64,000 nucleotides of DNA. Source: Clostridia bacterium. GTDB taxonomy: Bacteria; Bacillota; Clostridia; Saccharofermentanales; UBA5734. The notes under the pieces are model-generated. The model worked only from the letters and a program-made list of their open reading frames with translations. It had not been told where the DNA came from and made no database searches. The stretch is taken from positions 856,377-920,376 of the forward strand of contig JAXGXR010000001.1 in the NCBI GenBank assembly GCA_040772725.1. Reading direction: 5' to 3'. Below are positions 1 to 10,300 of the stretch, piece after piece (the first letter of the stretch is position 1; each line of letters starts with the position of its first letter). The translations under genes and the position numbers were made by a program.

Positions 1-293
1 ACCAGCACCAGGACCAGGAGGGCGATGCCGGTGCCATAGACACCGAAGCCGACCAGACGGAGTGTCGGCACCTCGATCAGGCACAGGAACAGGGCAATGA
101 CAATCCCGACCAGCGCGGCCCCGGTCTGCTTGTAGAAGTTGACCGGATAGTCCCGGAAGCCGGACGACAGGACTTTGTTGAGCACGTAGAGACCGATCAG
201 GGTGATGGACAGGACCGGGACTATCAGGTAGTAGTCCAGAGCGCTGAAAAACGTGTCCTTCTTGATCTGCTGTACACCGAGCCGGTCGACCAT
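1..293 (-). CDS. FtsW/RodA/SpoVE (SEDS) family protein, N-terminal part (runs off the window)
   Basis: Manual translation from ATG at 293: MVDRLGVQQIKKDTFFSALDYYLIVPVLSITLIGLYVL...FYKQTGAALVGIVIALFL...; the D-TM1...KQ-TM2 pattern resembles SEDS N-termini; abuts the lgt stop. Confidence 0.6.
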   Translation of the reverse strand, partial: MVDRLGVQQIKKDTFFSALDYYLIVPVLSITLIGLYVLNKVLSSGFRDYPVNFYKQTGAALVGIVIALFLCLIEVPTLRLVGFGVYGTGIALLVLVL

Positions 294-1367
294 TCAGGCG
301 TCCTTGCCTTTTGCCTCAGTCTCATCGGATGATTCGACTTCGGTCTTTTCTGCAGGCGCGGCCTCGACCGCAGCGTCCGCGTCTTCCGTTGCGTCGGCCA
401 CATGTGGCGCTTCCAGGTCCTCGATCTCGACGAAACCGTCCATCGCGCTTGTCTCGGCCGTAAAATCAACGACTGCGTCCTCGGTCCCCCCGGCTCCTTC
501 CGGTGACAAGGCCGCCTTTTTGCGGGCGATCAGGCGGATCGCGACCAGGCCGGCAATCGCGGCGACCACCATCGCGGCGGACAGAACCTGGGAAACCCTG
601 AGCGACGAGCCGGGGATGTAGAGCGGGTCGGTCCGGATCCCCTCGACGAAGAAGCGGATGATCCCGTATCCGAGCAGATAGCTCAGGATGACGGTGAACG
701 GCTGCCGGAACCGGCGGCGGATCTGGTATAGGATGACAAACAGCACGATGTTGCCGATGAATTCATAAAGGAACGTCGGATGAACCGGCGAATAGGGGTC
801 GATGTTCGGAAACAGTTCCGGGTTCAAAAGCCCCAGGTAACGGATCGTTTCGTTGCTCATCATGCCCCAGGGCAGGTCGGTGTTGATGCCGAAGGCCTCC
901 TGGTTGAAAAAATTGCCCCAGCGGCCGATCGCCTGGCCAAGCGGGATGTAGACGGCCAGGAAGTCGAGCATGCGGTGGAACGGGATCTTTTTGATCCGGC
1001 AGACCAGGTACCCGGCCAGGACACCGCCGATGACGCCGCCATAGAAGGCCAGGCCGCCGGCCCGGGTGTCGAAGATCAGCTTCCAGTTGTCCTTGTACAT
1101 CTGCCACTCGAACACGACATAATAAAGCCGCGCGAAGATGATCATCCCCGGGATGAGGGCGATGAACGTGTCAAGGACATCGTCGGCCGTCAGCCGGAAA
1201 TAGCGGGCATGGCGCATGGCGAGGTACAGGCAGAGCAGGATGGCTGTCGCGATCAGCAGCCCGTACCAATAGACTGGTACATTGAACACCTTGAACGCGA
1301 TCCGGCTGATCTCGAGGTCTTCGATCCCCAGACCGGGGAAACGGACCAGATAATCATAAGTTGGCAT
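294..1367 (-). CDS. lgt: Prolipoprotein diacylglyceryl transferase with acidic C-terminal tail
   Basis: YWYG, ARLYYV, GGLAFYGG, GQAIGRWGNFFNQE, HPTFLYE and RFFVEGIR motifs; GGAGGTG RBS 9 nt before ATG 1367. Confidence 0.95.
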   Translation of the reverse strand: MPTYDYLVRFPGLGIEDLEISRIAFKVFNVPVYWYGLLIATAILLCLYLAMRHARYFRLTADDVLDTFIALIPGMIIFARLYYVVFEWQMYKDNWKLIFDTRAGGLAFYGGVIGGVLAGYLVCRIKKIPFHRMLDFLAVYIPLGQAIGRWGNFFNQEAFGINTDLPWGMMSNETIRYLGLLNPELFPNIDPYSPVHPTFLYEFIGNIVLFVILYQIRRRFRQPFTVILSYLLGYGIIRFFVEGIRTDPLYIPGSSLRVSQVLSAAMVVAAIAGLVAIRLIARKKAALSPEGAGGTEDAVVDFTAETSAMDGFVEIEDLEAPHVADATEDADAAVEAAPAEKTEVESSDETEAKGKDA

Positions 1368-2694
1368 TTGAGTCAACACCTCCGATGGGATTGAGAATCG
1401 TCACGGCGTAGTTGTCCGGGTCACCGATAAAGGCAAAGGCTTCCTTGATCGCCGTAAAACTCATCTTATCATAAATGGCCGGATAATCGAACAGATCGAT
1501 CGGCAGCAGATTGCTCCGGGCCTGCACCATGCCGCTGTGCTCGATGGAGTCAAGCCCGCGCAGGAAATCGCCGGCCGCAGCCTTCTTCTGGATCGAGAAA
1601 AGACGCGCGTCCAGACCATCGTTCCAGGTCTTGACCAAGAGGCTCACCAGTTTCTCACTCGCCTCTTCGGGCCGGTCCGATTCTCCTCCGGCCGCGGCAA
1701 AGGCGAAGTCGGACTCACAGGCGTAGTGGACACCGAACGAATCATGAATGAGACCGGCATCGAAGAGTTCGGCATGGATCGCGGAGGCTTCGGAGAGCAG
1801 CGTGTCGAAGACCAGGCGGCCGGCCCGCTGGCGCGCGGCCAGTTCCGGGCCGGATAGGACCGTTCCGTCCCTGAACACCGGATCCTTGATTCCGATCAGG
1901 AAAGAGGGGGCTGTGACATCCATGCTCAGCGTTTTGCTCGGGATGGCCGGACGCTCCGGTTCGACGGACCGGAGTGGTTTGGGCAGGGCCTTCCGGTCCT
2001 GGGGCAGGAGGCGTTCCAGCAAAGACAGGACAGCCGGTTCATCGATGTCGCCGACCAACGTCAGGGATAGCGCCGACGGATGGTAGAACGTGTCCATGAT
2101 CGCTCGCAAGTCCTGTGTCCGGATCGCGGACACAGACTCATGCGAGCCGCCAATGTCGAACCGGACCGGATGATGGGTGTACAGTTGCTCCATCAGGTCG
2201 GAAAACACCCGGCTGTCCGGGTCGTCGCGGTACATGTCGATCTCGGAAAGGATGACCGGGCGCTCCGCCTCGATGCGGGATGGGCTGATGTCCGGATGGA
2301 GAACGGCGTCCAGGTAGCGCTCGAGGGCGTCCTGCACCGGTCGGGCGGTCGTGAAGTAATACAGCGTATGCGTATGGGATGTATAGGCGTTGGCGCTGGC
2401 GCCGAATCGTGACAGGTTGCCCAGCAATCCACCCTCCTGGTCGCGCGAGAAGATGCAGTGCTCGAGAAAGTGGGCGGTCCCGGCCGGTACGGTGACGGGT
2501 CCTTGCGGGGTGGTGAATCGCAGGTGCACGGAGCCGTAAGGCACGGTGATGCCGGCGAACCGGCGTGTGAACCGTGGACGGGGCAGGACTTTGACCATGA
2601 AGCCGCATCGATGCCGGTACGTGCGGAGTTCGTGCCCGGTCAGCGGATCCCGTGTCGTTTCCAGGAAAAAGGATGCGTGGTTTTCCATATTCAT
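1354..2694 (-). CDS. M16 family zinc peptidase, YmfH-like
   Basis: GTAHFLEH (HxxEH), ANAYTS, ExxVIxSEIxMYxDDP; follows an YmfF-like partner. Confidence 0.9.
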   Translation of the reverse strand: MNMENHASFFLETTRDPLTGHELRTYRHRCGFMVKVLPRPRFTRRFAGITVPYGSVHLRFTTPQGPVTVPAGTAHFLEHCIFSRDQEGGLLGNLSRFGASANAYTSHTHTLYYFTTARPVQDALERYLDAVLHPDISPSRIEAERPVILSEIDMYRDDPDSRVFSDLMEQLYTHHPVRFDIGGSHESVSAIRTQDLRAIMDTFYHPSALSLTLVGDIDEPAVLSLLERLLPQDRKALPKPLRSVEPERPAIPSKTLSMDVTAPSFLIGIKDPVFRDGTVLSGPELAARQRAGRLVFDTLLSEASAIHAELFDAGLIHDSFGVHYACESDFAFAAAGGESDRPEEASEKLVSLLVKTWNDGLDARLFSIQKKAAAGDFLRGLDSIEHSGMVQARSNLLPIDLFDYPAIYDKMSFTAIKEAFAFIGDPDNYAVTILNPIGGVDSNANL

Positions 2695-4955
2695 CCGCCC
2701 TCCCCTGCCACTGTTGCTGCCGAACCGGCCGTGTCAGCCTGCGTGACCGGTTCAGAGGTCAGGAAATATCGGGTTTTGAGCGTAAGACGGGCCGCGAGCG
2801 CGGCCACTTGCTGCCGGTCGATGCCGGCCAGCAGGGACAGGCTGTCCTCGATTCCCAATTGACGCCCGGTGACGCGTGACAGGGCCAGATGGTGCAGCAG
2901 GGTGCCGAGGTCGTCAGCCCGGGAACGGATCGCCTGTTCGATCATGGTCCTGGCGCTTTCATAATGGCGCTCGTCATATGTGTCCGCGGCGATCCGGGCC
3001 ACCTGGGCGTCCATGGCCTGCGCGGCTGCCTGCGCCTCACGCGGCGGGACGCCGGCGATCAGCATCATGGTGGACAGGTAACGCAGCGGTGACGAGAAAA
3101 CACTGTAGGCCAGCCCCATTTTCTCGCGGACGATTTCAAACAGCAGCGAGTGGGCATCACCACCGAGGATGCTGTTCAGCATCAAGGTCGTGAAATGGCT
3201 GAGGGAGCAGTAAGGCGGCAGTCCTTCATAGAACAGCAGGACGCGCGCCTGTTCGACATCCCGGATTTCAGTCTTTTCCAGCAATGATTCCGGCTGGACG
3301 AAAGGTGTTGGCCAAAGCCCCGGCAGGAGGCGTCGGCGTTTTTGTGAATCCGGCAGTTTCTTGAGATGGGCGATCAGGCGTTCGAGCGTGTCCAGGTCGA
3401 TATCGCCCGCCAGATCGACGTTCAGCTCCGCTTCTTCAAGCAGTTCCCGGTAAGCGAGCATCAGGTCGTCCTCAGTCACGGCCGCCACATCCTCGGCCCG
3501 TCCGGATGCCGGCAGGCCGTGGAGCTGATCGCCGCTCAGCAACGCGACTCCCTGTTCGTAGGCGTACTGGGCACGGTCGTTTTCATGGGCCCGGATCTCC
3601 ATCAGGAGATTTTGCCGTTCCTTGCGCACGATTTGTGCGTCAAACCGCCCCTGGTCATCGAGAACAGGATCGAGCAGCATCTCGAACATCAGATCGAGCG
3701 CGGCTCCGAAAGGAGAGGAACCGTCCCGCCAGCGCATCAGGCCATCACAGGTCAGGGACGCTGAAAGGACATTCCCCTGGCGGTCGGTCCGCTCGTCGAT
3801 CGAGGAGCCATACAGGTCATCGAGGGCCAGGGCCAGGGACTTGCGGTCCGGATAGCGGCGGCAGCCTGCGGTCAGGACGCGGACCAGAAGGGCGATCCGG
3901 GCATTGCGGGCCGCCTCCATGGGCAATCGGAAAACCATCTGGGCCCCCGCCTGGGCAAAGCGGCGTGTGCGGATGACACTCAGACGGATCTGACGGTCTT
4001 CATAAGCGACATACGGCATTTCCACATCGCGGTGCCAGGCTCTCACCTCGTCGAGATCCTGTCGGATCCGGCTGCCCATTTCCATGACCGAGCCGAATTT
4101 CAGCTCCGGCCGGATGCGTTCCAGGAAGTGGACTGTGATGGTCTGGTCGTAAAGGGACAGGCTGATGTCGAACAGGAATGTCTCGATCAAGGGTTTTCTC
4201 GCGTTGGCTTCCACCGTCGGGCGGACGCCGATGTTGGTGATGGACTCATAGGTGCGTCCATTCACCGTTGTCCGCGTCGCGTAGACACCATATGCCGGAC
4301 AGACCAGCCCGTCCGGGACAGGGATGTTGGCGGTCGGGAAACCGAGGGTCTTGCCCAGTCCTCGCCCGCGACGGACGGTCCCCGAGATGCTGAACGGCCG
4401 TCCCAGCAGTCTTCCGGCCAGACGAAGTTCACCCTCGCTGACTGCCTTGCGGATGCCGGTGCTGGACACTTTCTGGCCATAAAGTTCGATTTCCGGCACA
4501 ATGTGGATCGAGATGCCCTTTTCTCCGGCCCAGTGCTGAAGCAAGGCGACATCGCCGCGGGCTCCCTTGCCAAAACGGTAGTCCGGTCCGACCACCACCA
4601 GCTGCGTCCCGAACGCTTCGCCCAGGACGAGGTCCAGAAATTCCTCGGCCTCGAGGCTGGCATAGGACTCGTCGAAGTGCTGCAGGAAGACTTCCTCGAC
4701 ACCGGCCGCTGCCAGCTGTGCCATCCGGTCGTCGAGGGTGGATACGTAGTCACAGAATGAGGCGTCCTTGTGCAGGACAACGCCCGGGTGTTCGGCAAAG
4801 GTGTACACCGTCGGCCGACAGCCGATGCGCCGGCATTCGTGTACAAGTGTATGGATCAATTCCCGATGGCCGATGTGGACACCGTCGAAAAAGCCGAGCC
4901 CGATGCCGCGTGGCGCCGCCTCCAGGGTTCCGAGATCACTTCTGATGATGTTCAA
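2691..4955 (-). CDS. ribF: Fusion of bifunctional riboflavin kinase/FAD synthetase (aa ~1-310) and an inactive M16 peptidase subunit, YmfF-like (aa ~313-754)
   Basis: GFFDGVHIGH, VSSTGIR, GFPTAN and NIGVRPT in the N-half; RLSVIRTRRF, YPDRKSL...LYG and SLLFEIVREKMGLAYSV in the C-half, no HxxEH; single frame, TTG start. Confidence 0.88.
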   Translation of the reverse strand: MNIIRSDLGTLEAAPRGIGLGFFDGVHIGHRELIHTLVHECRRIGCRPTVYTFAEHPGVVLHKDASFCDYVSTLDDRMAQLAAAGVEEVFLQHFDESYASLEAEEFLDLVLGEAFGTQLVVVGPDYRFGKGARGDVALLQHWAGEKGISIHIVPEIELYGQKVSSTGIRKAVSEGELRLAGRLLGRPFSISGTVRRGRGLGKTLGFPTANIPVPDGLVCPAYGVYATRTTVNGRTYESITNIGVRPTVEANARKPLIETFLFDISLSLYDQTITVHFLERIRPELKFGSVMEMGSRIRQDLDEVRAWHRDVEMPYVAYEDRQIRLSVIRTRRFAQAGAQMVFRLPMEAARNARIALLVRVLTAGCRRYPDRKSLALALDDLYGSSIDERTDRQGNVLSASLTCDGLMRWRDGSSPFGAALDLMFEMLLDPVLDDQGRFDAQIVRKERQNLLMEIRAHENDRAQYAYEQGVALLSGDQLHGLPASGRAEDVAAVTEDDLMLAYRELLEEAELNVDLAGDIDLDTLERLIAHLKKLPDSQKRRRLLPGLWPTPFVQPESLLEKTEIRDVEQARVLLFYEGLPPYCSLSHFTTLMLNSILGGDAHSLLFEIVREKMGLAYSVFSSPLRYLSTMMLIAGVPPREAQAAAQAMDAQVARIAADTYDERHYESARTMIEQAIRSRADDLGTLLHHLALSRVTGRQLGIEDSLSLLAGIDRQQVAALAARLTLKTRYFLTSEPVTQADTAGSAATVAGEGG

Positions 4956-5943
4956 GATCCAAAAACATCCTTTCTGCTGTCAAGACATGCCCTGCCCCAT
5001 CCGATGGTCCTTGTGTCGATTCGATGATCCGGCCAAGGCCGATGAAACCGTCTTCTGAGTAGACAGCCAGCAAGGTCTTGCCGTCGGTTCGAGGCTTCGT
5101 CTGAGAGTCAGGGCTGTCGACCGGTCCGGCCATGCGGACCGGCTGGCCTTGCGACAGGCGCTTTGCCCGCAATGGGTCCAGTCTGACTTGCGGATAGTCG
5201 TCGAACGCTGTATGGACCGGCAGGAGGGGCAATCGCACCCCGGCGTCGATCGCGTCCATGATCTGCGACCAGGAAAAGGCCTGATCAAGCGTGTAAGGGC
5301 CGTTTTCGAGCCGTGTCAGCGCGCTCGCGTGGGCCAGCAGTCCAGTGGCCTGGCCAACCGTGTCGGCGAGGCTCCTGATATAGGTCCCCTTGGAGCAGCG
5401 GATCAAGGCGTCTGTATAAAGCCCCGTTTCATCTGCCGCGACCTGAAGAACGGTCGCTTCATGAATGGTGACCGGCCTGGCCGCCCGTTCAATGTCACGG
5501 CCCGCGCGCGCGTAATCATAAAGCGGCCTTCCCTCGACCTTGACTGCGGAATACATGGGGGGAACCTGGCTTCGGATGTGGACCAGAGAGGAGATCGCCT
5601 CATGTATGGACGGATCATCGCCATCGACCAGCCGACGCATCCGGTCGTCCGGGATCGGACGCTCCTCCAGTGTTGTGCCTGTCAGATCCATGGTGTCCGT
5701 CCGTCGTCCGAAGCGGATCCGGACGCGGTAGGCTTTGTCGAATCCATCCATGTACTGGACCGCTCGTGTCGCCCGACCGACCACGACGGGCAGCAGCCCG
5801 TCCGCGAACGGGTCCAGGGTGCCGCAATGCCCCACCCGGCGCAGGCCGTACAGGCGTCTGATGACGGACACGACCTTGAAGGATGTGATGCCGACCGGCT
5901 TGTTGACGAGCAGGATGCCGGAATGGGAATGTTCCGGATTCAG
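4936..5943 (-). CDS. truB: tRNA pseudouridine(55) synthase; probable CTG start
   Basis: GHCGTLDPFADG, QVPPMYSAVKVEG and CSKGTYIRSL; the conserved GILLVNKPVGITS lies upstream of the ORF-track GTG at 5871. Confidence 0.93.
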   Translation of the reverse strand: MNPEHSHSGILLVNKPVGITSFKVVSVIRRLYGLRRVGHCGTLDPFADGLLPVVVGRATRAVQYMDGFDKAYRVRIRFGRRTDTMDLTGTTLEERPIPDDRMRRLVDGDDPSIHEAISSLVHIRSQVPPMYSAVKVEGRPLYDYARAGRDIERAARPVTIHEATVLQVAADETGLYTDALIRCSKGTYIRSLADTVGQATGLLAHASALTRLENGPYTLDQAFSWSQIMDAIDAGVRLPLLPVHTAFDDYPQVRLDPLRAKRLSQGQPVRMAGPVDSPDSQTKPRTDGKTLLAVYSEDGFIGLGRIIESTQGPSDGAGHVLTAERMFLDLEHHQK

Positions 5944-6959
5944 TTTCCGGTCGATAGCACCTCACCTGCCTTTCCGGCGACCCAGTCGACCGCCTCTTCA
6001 AGGGTCATGCCGGAAAGGGTCATGCCGGCGGCGCGGGGATGGCCGCCACCGCCGAAACGCGCCGCGAAGTCCGCCGAGTCGAAGTGATTGTCACTGCGGA
6101 TATTGACACGGATCGTTTTGTCCGGCATCTCCCGCAGCATGAACGAGACATCGACCCCATGCGCGCTGCGCAGTTGGCCGACCAGACCGTCAAGATCATC
6201 GTCGACCGCGCCCAATCGTCGCATCAGGTCCTGGGACACGGTACCGATCGCGATGCGGCCGTCCAGCAGGAAACGGGCATTTGAAAAAACGTCACCGGTC
6301 AGGCGAAGCTTCGCCTGGCTGGTCTCGTCAAAGAGCAGATAGGTCATCTGACGGATGTCGAGCGGTTCGGTCATGAGCTCCGAAGCGATCCTGAAGGTGC
6401 TCGACGAAGTATTGGAAAACGCAAAACCGCCTGTGTCCGACAGGATCGCGCCCATCAGGCAGGTCGCGATCTTGTGGTCCATCAGCTGCGTCTCCGTGAT
6501 TTCCTCAAACAGGCGGATCAACTGGAAAATAAGTTCGCCCGTCGCCGACGCGGTCGTCTCGACCCATCTCAGGCCCTCGCTCCGGCCGGCAGATTTGTGG
6601 TGGTCGATCGACGCCTTCTCCCGGGCCGACTCGAAGAGCGCCTGGCGCCGCCCGACTCGGGCGGCGTCCGAGCAATCGATTGCCAATGCCAGGCTTTGAC
6701 GACCGGACAGTCTGTCGAACTCTTCTTCGTCGAATACCCGCGCGCACTGGTATTCGGGCATGAAAGAAAGTTTGGCCGGTGGCGTTTCGTCCAGGAGAAC
6801 CAGACTGGGCACCCCGAGTTTCTCGAGGGCGAGATACAGGGCCAGCGCCGAGCCAAGCGCGTCACCGTCCACGCTGACATGCGGATAGAGGACGACCAGG
6901 CCGTCCTGTTCCGCGCGGTTAAGAAGCGCTTTGGCGATTCGCCGCTTCACTTCAGGCAC
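5940..6959 (-). CDS. nrnA: DHH/DHHA1 bifunctional oligoribonuclease/PAP phosphatase
   Basis: HVSVDGDALGS, IDHH, SDTGGF and GGGGHPRAAG; usual position between rbfA and truB. Confidence 0.9.
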   Translation of the reverse strand: MPEVKRRIAKALLNRAEQDGLVVLYPHVSVDGDALGSALALYLALEKLGVPSLVLLDETPPAKLSFMPEYQCARVFDEEEFDRLSGRQSLALAIDCSDAARVGRRQALFESAREKASIDHHKSAGRSEGLRWVETTASATGELIFQLIRLFEEITETQLMDHKIATCLMGAILSDTGGFAFSNTSSSTFRIASELMTEPLDIRQMTYLLFDETSQAKLRLTGDVFSNARFLLDGRIAIGTVSQDLMRRLGAVDDDLDGLVGQLRSAHGVDVSFMLREMPDKTIRVNIRSDNHFDSADFAARFGGGGHPRAAGMTLSGMTLEEAVDWVAGKAGEVLSTGN

Positions 6960-7365
6960 GAGTCCCTCCGGCCTGGTCAGCCTGTTTGGCCTTATTGTCC
7001 TCTGCCGACATGTCGGTCGGTTTCGACCCGGACATGGCCTGGTCGATCAGCTGGGACATGCGAATGCCGCGGGCAATGGAATCATCGATCTCAAAATGGA
7101 GTTCCGGCGCAATGCGCAGGCGCACCCGCCGGGTGATTTCGCGGCGGATGAAGCCGGACGCGCTGCGCAAGGCAGCCAGGCAGTCCTTTTTCTGCTGCTC
7201 GGTTCCGAGCACGCTGATATAGATGTGGGCGTGGGAGAGGTCACGGGAAGCTTTCACTTCAACAACGGAAACCATGTCCGGCAGGCGGGGGTCCTTGATG
7301 CCCGTCCGGATGATTTCCGCCACCGCGGTCCTGATTTCGTCTCCGACCCGATCGGATCGCTGCAC
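6952..7365 (-). CDS. rbfA: 30S ribosome-binding factor A
   Basis: IKDPRL, SRDLSHA, LRIAPELHF.IDDSI; directly downstream of infB. Confidence 0.95.
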   Translation of the reverse strand: MQRSDRVGDEIRTAVAEIIRTGIKDPRLPDMVSVVEVKASRDLSHAHIYISVLGTEQQKKDCLAALRSASGFIRREITRRVRLRIAPELHFEIDDSIARGIRMSQLIDQAMSGSKPTDMSAEDNKAKQADQAGGTRA

Positions 7366-7371
7366 GTGATG

Positions 7372-10300
7372 TCAGCTCCTTTCGACTTCCTTCATTTCGA
7401 ACGCCTCGATGACATCGCCTTCCTTGAGGTCGTTGAAACGTTCAATGCTCAAGCCACATTCGTAGCCAGTGGCGACTTCACGGACATCGTCCTTGAAGCG
7501 CTTGAGCGAGGAGAGTTTGCCTTCGTGAATGACGATGCCGTCGCGCACCAGGCGAATGTCGCAGGCGCGCAGGATCTTGCCGTCCGTCACATAGCAGCCG
7601 GCGATCGTGCCGACACCGGACACCTTGAACAGCTGACGGACCTCGGCATGGCCAAGCACCACTTCCTTGAAGGTCGGGGCCAGCATGCCTTTCATGGCTG
7701 CCTGGATATCCTCGATCGCATTGTAGATGACGCGGTACATGCGCACGTCGACCCCGTTGTCCTTGGCCATGTCCGCGACATTGGCCGCCGGTCGGACATT
7801 GAAGCCGATGACGATCGCGTTGGACACTTCTGCCAGGCGGATGTCCGACTCGGTGATCGCGCCTACCGCGCCATGGATGACGTTGATGCGCACTTCCGGA
7901 CTGGTGAGTTTTTCAAGGGACTGGCGAACCGCCTCGACGCTGCCTTGGACATCGGCCTTGACCAGAATGTTGAGGTCCTTGACCTCGCCGGTCGCCATCT
8001 GGGCATAAAGCGTCTCCAGCGACATGCGCGAGCTGGCGCGCAGCTGCTGTTCGCGCTGGTTGACACGGCGTTTCTCGACGAGCGCACGGGCCACTTTGTC
8101 GTCCGTGACGGCGTAGAACAGTTCACCGGCTTCCGGTACCTCAGGCAGGCCCAGAATCTCGACCGGGATGGATGGGCCGGCTTTCTTGACGGTGCTGCCT
8201 TTGTCGTCGACCATCGCCCGGACGTGGCCGATGATCGACCCGGTGACCAAGGTGTCACCTGTTCTGAGCGTGCCGCGCTGCACCAGGACGGTGGCCACAG
8301 GACCACGGTTTTTGTCGAGTTTGGCTTCGATGACCGTGCCCTTTGCCTGCTTGTCAGGATCCGCCTTCAAGTCGAGGATGTCGGCTGTCAGCAGAACCAT
8401 TTCCAGCAATTCGTCAATGCCCTGGCCCGTTTTGGCTGATACGGGCACCATGACGGTCGTGCCGCCCCATTCTTCGGGGATCAGCTCACGGGTGGCCAGT
8501 TCCTGCTTGACGCGGTCCAGGTTGGCGCCTTCCTTGTCGATCTTGTTGATCGCGACGACAATCTGGGTGTTGGCCGCCTTGGCGTGGTTGATCGCTTCGA
8601 CCGTCTGCGGCATGACACCGTCATCGGCCGCGACAACCAGGATCGCGATATCGGTCACCTGGGCACCACGAGCCCGCATGGTCGTGAAAGCTTCATGACC
8701 TGGTGTGTCGAGGAAGGTGATCTGGCGGCCATTGGCCCGCACGGTGTAGGCACCGATGTGCTGCGTGATGCCGCCTGCTTCGCCGGACACGACATTCGCG
8801 GAGCGGATGCGGTCGAGGATCGATGTCTTGCCATGGTCGACATGGCCCATGACCACGACGACCGGCGGACGGGTCTTGAGGTTTTCCTCCTTGTCATCCG
8901 TGTCGTCAAAGAGGATCTCCTCTTCAGTCACTTCGACCAGTTTCTCGCAGGTGATGCCGAACTCCTCGGCGACGAGGGACGCGGTGTCGAAATCGATTTC
9001 CTGGTTGACTGTCGCCATCATGCCCATCTTGATCAGTTTCTTGATGACTTCGGCGGACGTCTTCTTGATCGCCTCGGCGAATTCCTTGACTGTCAGGTTT
9101 TCAGGGATGGTGACATGCGTAAGGACAGCGCGCACGACGGGTGTCGGCGCGGGCTGCTGGCCACGGCCGCGGCCACCGCGTGGAGCGCGGCCTGACGGTT
9201 TTGCCTTGGCCGGAGCCGGCGCGATATAAAGCGTGTCCAGAACTGTTTCATCATTCAAGGCCTTGGACACATCTGTGCCCGACAGGACAGCCGCCTGCTG
9301 GCGCAAGGACTTGTGTTTGTCCCGGGTGTCCTGGACAGATTTCACGCTTTCCTTGCGGACATCATGCTTATCGTCGCGTTTCGCGTTCTTTTCGAATGTT
9401 TCCCGGGCCGCGATATTGTTCCGCGGCGGTTCGGGCAATTTTTCCCGAAGATCATCCGATGGAGCGGCACCGGCAGGACGTCCTCGTCCGCCTGTCCGCT
9501 GGCCTTGCGGACGAGGGCTGTATGGACGGTCGCCTTGCGGACGGTCACCATATGGACGATCACCCTGTGGACGGTCGCCATACGGACGATCACCCTGAGG
9601 ACGCGGGTTGTATGGACGGTCGCCCTGCGGACGCGGACTGTACGGCCGGTCGCCCTGCGGACGCGGGCTGTACGGCCGGTCGCCCTGCGGACGCGGACTG
9701 TACGGCCGGTCACTCTGCGGACGGTCGCCGTAAGGCCGGTCGCCCTGCGGGCGCGGGCTATATGGACGATCGCCCTGCGGACGGTCACCGTATGGACGAT
9801 CGCCCTGCGGGCGCGGGCTATACGGACGGTCGCCCTGCGGACGGTCACCGTATGGCCGGTCGCCCTGCGGGCGCGGGCTATACGGACGGTCACCCTGCGG
9901 ACGTGGGCCCTGTGGTCGATCCGACTGAGGACGCGGGCTGTATGTCCGGTCAGGCTGCGGACGAGCGGCTGAAGCCGCTGCCGGCGCAGGCGCTGCCGCG
10001 GCCGGGGCAGATGACGGTTCCATGGCCGCGGCCGGCGTTTTCGGCTCTGCTGCCATGGGCTTCCCTTCGATTCGGTCCCCTGCTGGCTCTGCGCGTGTAT
10101 CGGTGGCTTTCGGAGCCGGTTCGGCCTGAGTCTCGGCTTTGGCCGGCTGCGATGGCGTCGTGGAAACAACCGGTGGCTGTTCCGTGACACTTTCGGGTTT
10201 CTCAACCGACGGTTGTTCCGTACGGGAGACTGCCTCTTCCTGCACGGGCTTCTCTGCTTCAGCCTTCTTCTCCGGACGGTGGGCCTTGACCACTTTGACA

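Noticed and set aside
6931-8439. Long antisense ORFs (also 29961-31469, 25349-26668, 52253-53851, 17227-18357)
   Set aside because: Mirror frames of strongly codon-biased genes in GC-rich DNA; no motifs or RBS.
9502-9963. 30-nt periodic repeat as a CRISPR array
   Set aside because: No unique spacers, in frame inside infB, and no cas genes.
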